Source of the DNA: Anaeramoeba ignava BMAN
Taxonomy: Eukaryota > Protista > Anaeramoebae
NCBI GenBank assembly: GCA_028826165.1
Contig: JAPDFW010000077.1
Coordinates: 345,258-409,257, forward strand
Direction: 5' to 3'
DNA length: 64,000 nucleotides
Position numbers and translations under genes: made by a program. Shown here in pieces: positions 61,038 to 64,000 of this stretch (its first letter is position 1; each line of letters starts with the position of its first letter). The notes beneath the pieces were generated by a model. The model was not told the origin of the DNA, did not search any database, and saw only the letters and a list, made by a program, of their open reading frames with translations.

Positions 61038-62903
61038 ATGAATGATTGTTTATTTTTTGGTCAAAATCAAAACCAAATTCTTTTCAAAAATGAACCATAT
61101 GAAATAACAAAACCAATTCAATTTAAATTTGAAAATGAAAATGAAAATGAAAATGAAAAACAAATTAAACAAATTTCATCAAGTAATTTTTCAACAATTT
61201 TCCTTTTTAAAAATGGAAAAGCAATAGAATATTCAAATCAAAATCCTTCAAAAATTCAAATTGAAAATATTCAAAAAGTAACTGTTGGCTGTTCAAATGA
61301 AGCTATTTTAACAATAGAAGGAAATGTATTTGCAAAAGAAATATATATTAATCCAAAAAACCCAAATGAATTTATCAATATTTCATCATTAATTGAAGAT
61401 ATAAATGATAGAATAATTCAAGATATTGTTTCTGGATGTAATTCAATTTACTTATTAACTTCAAATCAAAATGCTTATGGAATTGGTTCTAATTATTGGA
61501 GTCAACTTGGTTTTGATTCTAAAACACTTGAAAAAACAGAAAAACCAATTTTAATGATGAAAAATGTTTCTAAAATATTTTCAGGAAATACTTCATATCA
61601 TGTTTTTCTTTTAAATTCAAATCAAGAATTATTTGGATGTGGTGTTAATACATACAGTCAACTTGGATTAGGAGAATCAAGAAAAGAAGAAACAAAAATC
61701 CAAAAATTAACTAAAATCCAAAATATTACAAAAGGCAAAATAATTGATATTCAATGTGGAAACTCTTATTCAATAATGTTGATTGAAATTGAAAATGAAA
61801 ATCAAAATCAAAATGAAAATCCAAAAAGAAAACTTTATTCATGTGGAAATTATCAATTTAATGGACTTGGTAAAAATGGAAATGAAAATACTTATAAATT
61901 TACTGAAATGAAATCATCCTTATTTGAAAATGATGATATTCTTGATTTTTCTGTTGGATACGGTCATACTTTGATTTTAACCTCTAATTCAAAATTGATA
62001 GGATTTGGGTATAATAATCATGGTCAATTAGGAACTGAAAATACAAATGATCAATTAATTCCAATTCAAATTGAACTTCCTAAATTAAGATTTAATGAAA
62101 ATATTTCTAATTATCATATTTCTTGTGGTTCTGCGAGAACATTTATTTATTATTCTCCTCCTTCTTTTTCCAATCTTGAAGAAGATTTGATAAAATTATT
62201 TAGAAGAAAAGAATTTCGTGATATTTCATTTAAAACCAAAAATGGAGAAATAATTGAAGCTCATAAATTAATATTGAAATATAGATTAAATCAAAATCAA
62301 AATGAAAATAAAATTGAAAAACTTCAAGAAATTATTTCAAAAAAATCAATTAAAGAATCAAATCAAATATTTGAAATGATTTATTCAAACAGAATAATAA
62401 ATCCAAAATTATATTCTGAAATTAAAGAAATTATAAATTCAAATGAAAAAATTGAAGAAACAATTAAAAGAATTTATTTAAATGAAAATGAAAATGAAAA
62501 TGAAAAAGATTTTATAATTGAAAGAAAAGAAAAACAATATAAATTTCCAAAATTAATATTAATAATGAGAAGTGAATTATATCGAGGAATGTTTTTATCT
62601 GTAACTGATGATACTTCTAATAAAGTTACAGATTATAGTGAATTAAGTAATATATCATTTCAAATATTTGAATATTGGATTTATTCAAATCAAATTAAAG
62701 ATGAAATTCAAATTACACAAGAAATTATTAATGAAATTAAAATTGGAATTGATTATTTTCAATTAAATCAAACAAATCCAAATTTATTTGATTTATTAAT
62801 TAACAAATTTAATAATCAAAATCAAATCAAAAAACAAAAAGAAGAAATCAAAATTAAAATTAAAAAAGAAGAAAAAGAAAAAGGAAAATGTTTGATTTTT
62901 TAA
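61038..62903 (+). CDS. RCC1-BTB-BTB protein, copy 6, CaaX (KGKCLIF)
   Basis: Intact 621-aa ORF. Confidence 0.9.
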   Translation: MNDCLFFGQNQNQILFKNEPYEITKPIQFKFENENENENEKQIKQISSSNFSTIFLFKNGKAIEYSNQNPSKIQIENIQKVTVGCSNEAILTIEGNVFAKEIYINPKNPNEFINISSLIEDINDRIIQDIVSGCNSIYLLTSNQNAYGIGSNYWSQLGFDSKTLEKTEKPILMMKNVSKIFSGNTSYHVFLLNSNQELFGCGVNTYSQLGLGESRKEETKIQKLTKIQNITKGKIIDIQCGNSYSIMLIEIENENQNQNENPKRKLYSCGNYQFNGLGKNGNENTYKFTEMKSSLFENDDILDFSVGYGHTLILTSNSKLIGFGYNNHGQLGTENTNDQLIPIQIELPKLRFNENISNYHISCGSARTFIYYSPPSFSNLEEDLIKLFRRKEFRDISFKTKNGEIIEAHKLILKYRLNQNQNENKIEKLQEIISKKSIKESNQIFEMIYSNRIINPKLYSEIKEIINSNEKIEETIKRIYLNENENENEKDFIIERKEKQYKFPKLILIMRSELYRGMFLSVTDDTSNKVTDYSELSNISFQIFEYWIYSNQIKDEIQITQEIINEIKIGIDYFQLNQTNPNLFDLLINKFNNQNQIKKQKEEIKIKIKKEEKEKGKCLIF

Positions 62904-63045
62904 TTTAATTCTTTAATAATTTGGAATTAAAATAATTAAAAATTAAAATCAAAATTAAAATAAATTTAAAATTAAAATTAAAATTAAAATTAAAATTAAA
63001 ATTAAAATTCCAAAAACATTTTTTTCATTTTTTTTCTTTTTAAAA

Positions 63046-64000
63046 ATGAATGATTGTTTATTTTTTGGTTTAAATACATCTCCAATTCTTATCAAAAATG
63101 AACCAAAAGAAATAACAAAACCAATTCAATTTAAATTTAAAAATGAAAATGAAAATGAAAATGAAAATGAAAATGAAAATGAAAATGAAAATGAAAATGA
63201 AAATGAAAATGAAAATGAAAATGAAAATGAAAATGAAAATGAAAAACAAATTAAACAAATTTCATCAAGTTATTTTGGAACAATTTTCCTGTTTGAAAAT
63301 GGAAAAGCAATAGAATATTTAAGAGATTCAAATCAAAATCCTTCAAAAATCCAAATTGAAGAAAATATTCAAAAAGTAACTGTTGGTCATGAAAATGAAG
63401 CTATTTTAACAATAGAAGGAAATGTATTTGCAAAAGGAAGATATATTAATCCAAAAAATCCTGATCAATTTATCAATATTTCATCATTAATTGAAGATAT
63501 AAATGATAGAATAATTGAAGATATTGTTTCTGGATACAGTTCAATTTACTTATTAACTTCAAATCAAAATGCTTATGGAATTGGTTCAAATTATTCTAAT
63601 CAACTTGGTTTTGATTCTAAAACACTTAAAAAAACAGAAAAACCAATTTTAATGATGAAAAATGTTTCTAAAATATTTTCAGGAAATAATTCAGCTCATG
63701 TTTTTCTTTTAAATTCAAATCAAGAATTATTTGGATGCGGAGGTAATAGATACAGTCAACTTGGATTAGGAGAATCAAGAAAAGACAAAAAAATCCAAAA
63801 ATTAACCAAAATCCTAAAATTAACCAAAATCCAAAAATTAACCAAAATCCAAAATATTCCAAAAGGTAAAATAATTGATATTCAATGTGGAAACTCTTAT
63901 TCAATAATGTTGATTGAAGATCAAAATGAAGATGAAAATCAAAATGAAAATCCAAAAAGAAAACTTTATTCATGTGGATTTTGGAAATATAATGGACTTG
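63046..64000 (+). CDS. RCC1-BTB-BTB family protein, copy 7 (partial, runs off the window)
   Basis: MNDCLFFGLNTSP..., (NE)n tract and RCC1 motifs; an 18-bp triplication gives [18 protein letters not shown]. Confidence 0.88.
   Translation, partial: MNDCLFFGLNTSPILIKNEPKEITKPIQFKFKNENENENENENENENENENENENENENENENENEKQIKQISSSYFGTIFLFENGKAIEYLRDSNQNPSKIQIEENIQKVTVGHENEAILTIEGNVFAKGRYINPKNPDQFINISSLIEDINDRIIEDIVSGYSSIYLLTSNQNAYGIGSNYSNQLGFDSKTLKKTEKPILMMKNVSKIFSGNNSAHVFLLNSNQELFGCGGNRYSQLGLGESRKDKKIQKLTKILKLTKIQKLTKIQNIPKGKIIDIQCGNSYSIMLIEDQNEDENQNENPKRKLYSCGFWKYNGL

Overview
Gene-dense, extremely AT-rich nuclear DNA from a single-celled eukaryote. It uses the standard code (TAA/TGA stops), has GT-AG spliceosomal introns and Asn-Gln low-complexity tracts. 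The style and expanded families resemble the anaerobic metamonad Anaeramoeba, but that is inference only. About 22 genes can be reconstructed. Single-copy genes: a divergent EF-1alpha, a USP deubiquitinase, a TRIP12/Ufd4-type HECT ligase, a protist-type GH25 lysozyme, a CMTR-like cap methyltransferase with a degenerate catalytic tetrad, a myristoylated PAS-like/coiled-coil protein, a homocysteine S-methyltransferase, a GON4L/DUO3-like Myb protein, a Vps39/TGFBRAP1-family protein and two small unknowns. Two intronless, rapidly diversifying beta-propeller families are interleaved with these: seven RCC1-BTB-BTB genes in three clusters, most ending in a prenylation motif (KCLIF), and four tandem FG-GAP propeller surface proteins, three with FN3-like stalks and a transmembrane anchor. 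In both families variation is concentrated in aromatic-rich loops, suggesting a recognition repertoire on both sides of a membrane. Other notable items are a candidate 1-nt microexon, a frameshift that may convert a transmembrane anchor into a GPI-like signal, a composite 91-bp/~153-bp satellite, and hexamer repeats oriented with transcription. Most short ORFs in the track are translations of simple repeats. All exon boundaries were deduced by eye and need RNA-seq confirmation. No rRNA, tRNA, CRISPR array or transposase was recognised.
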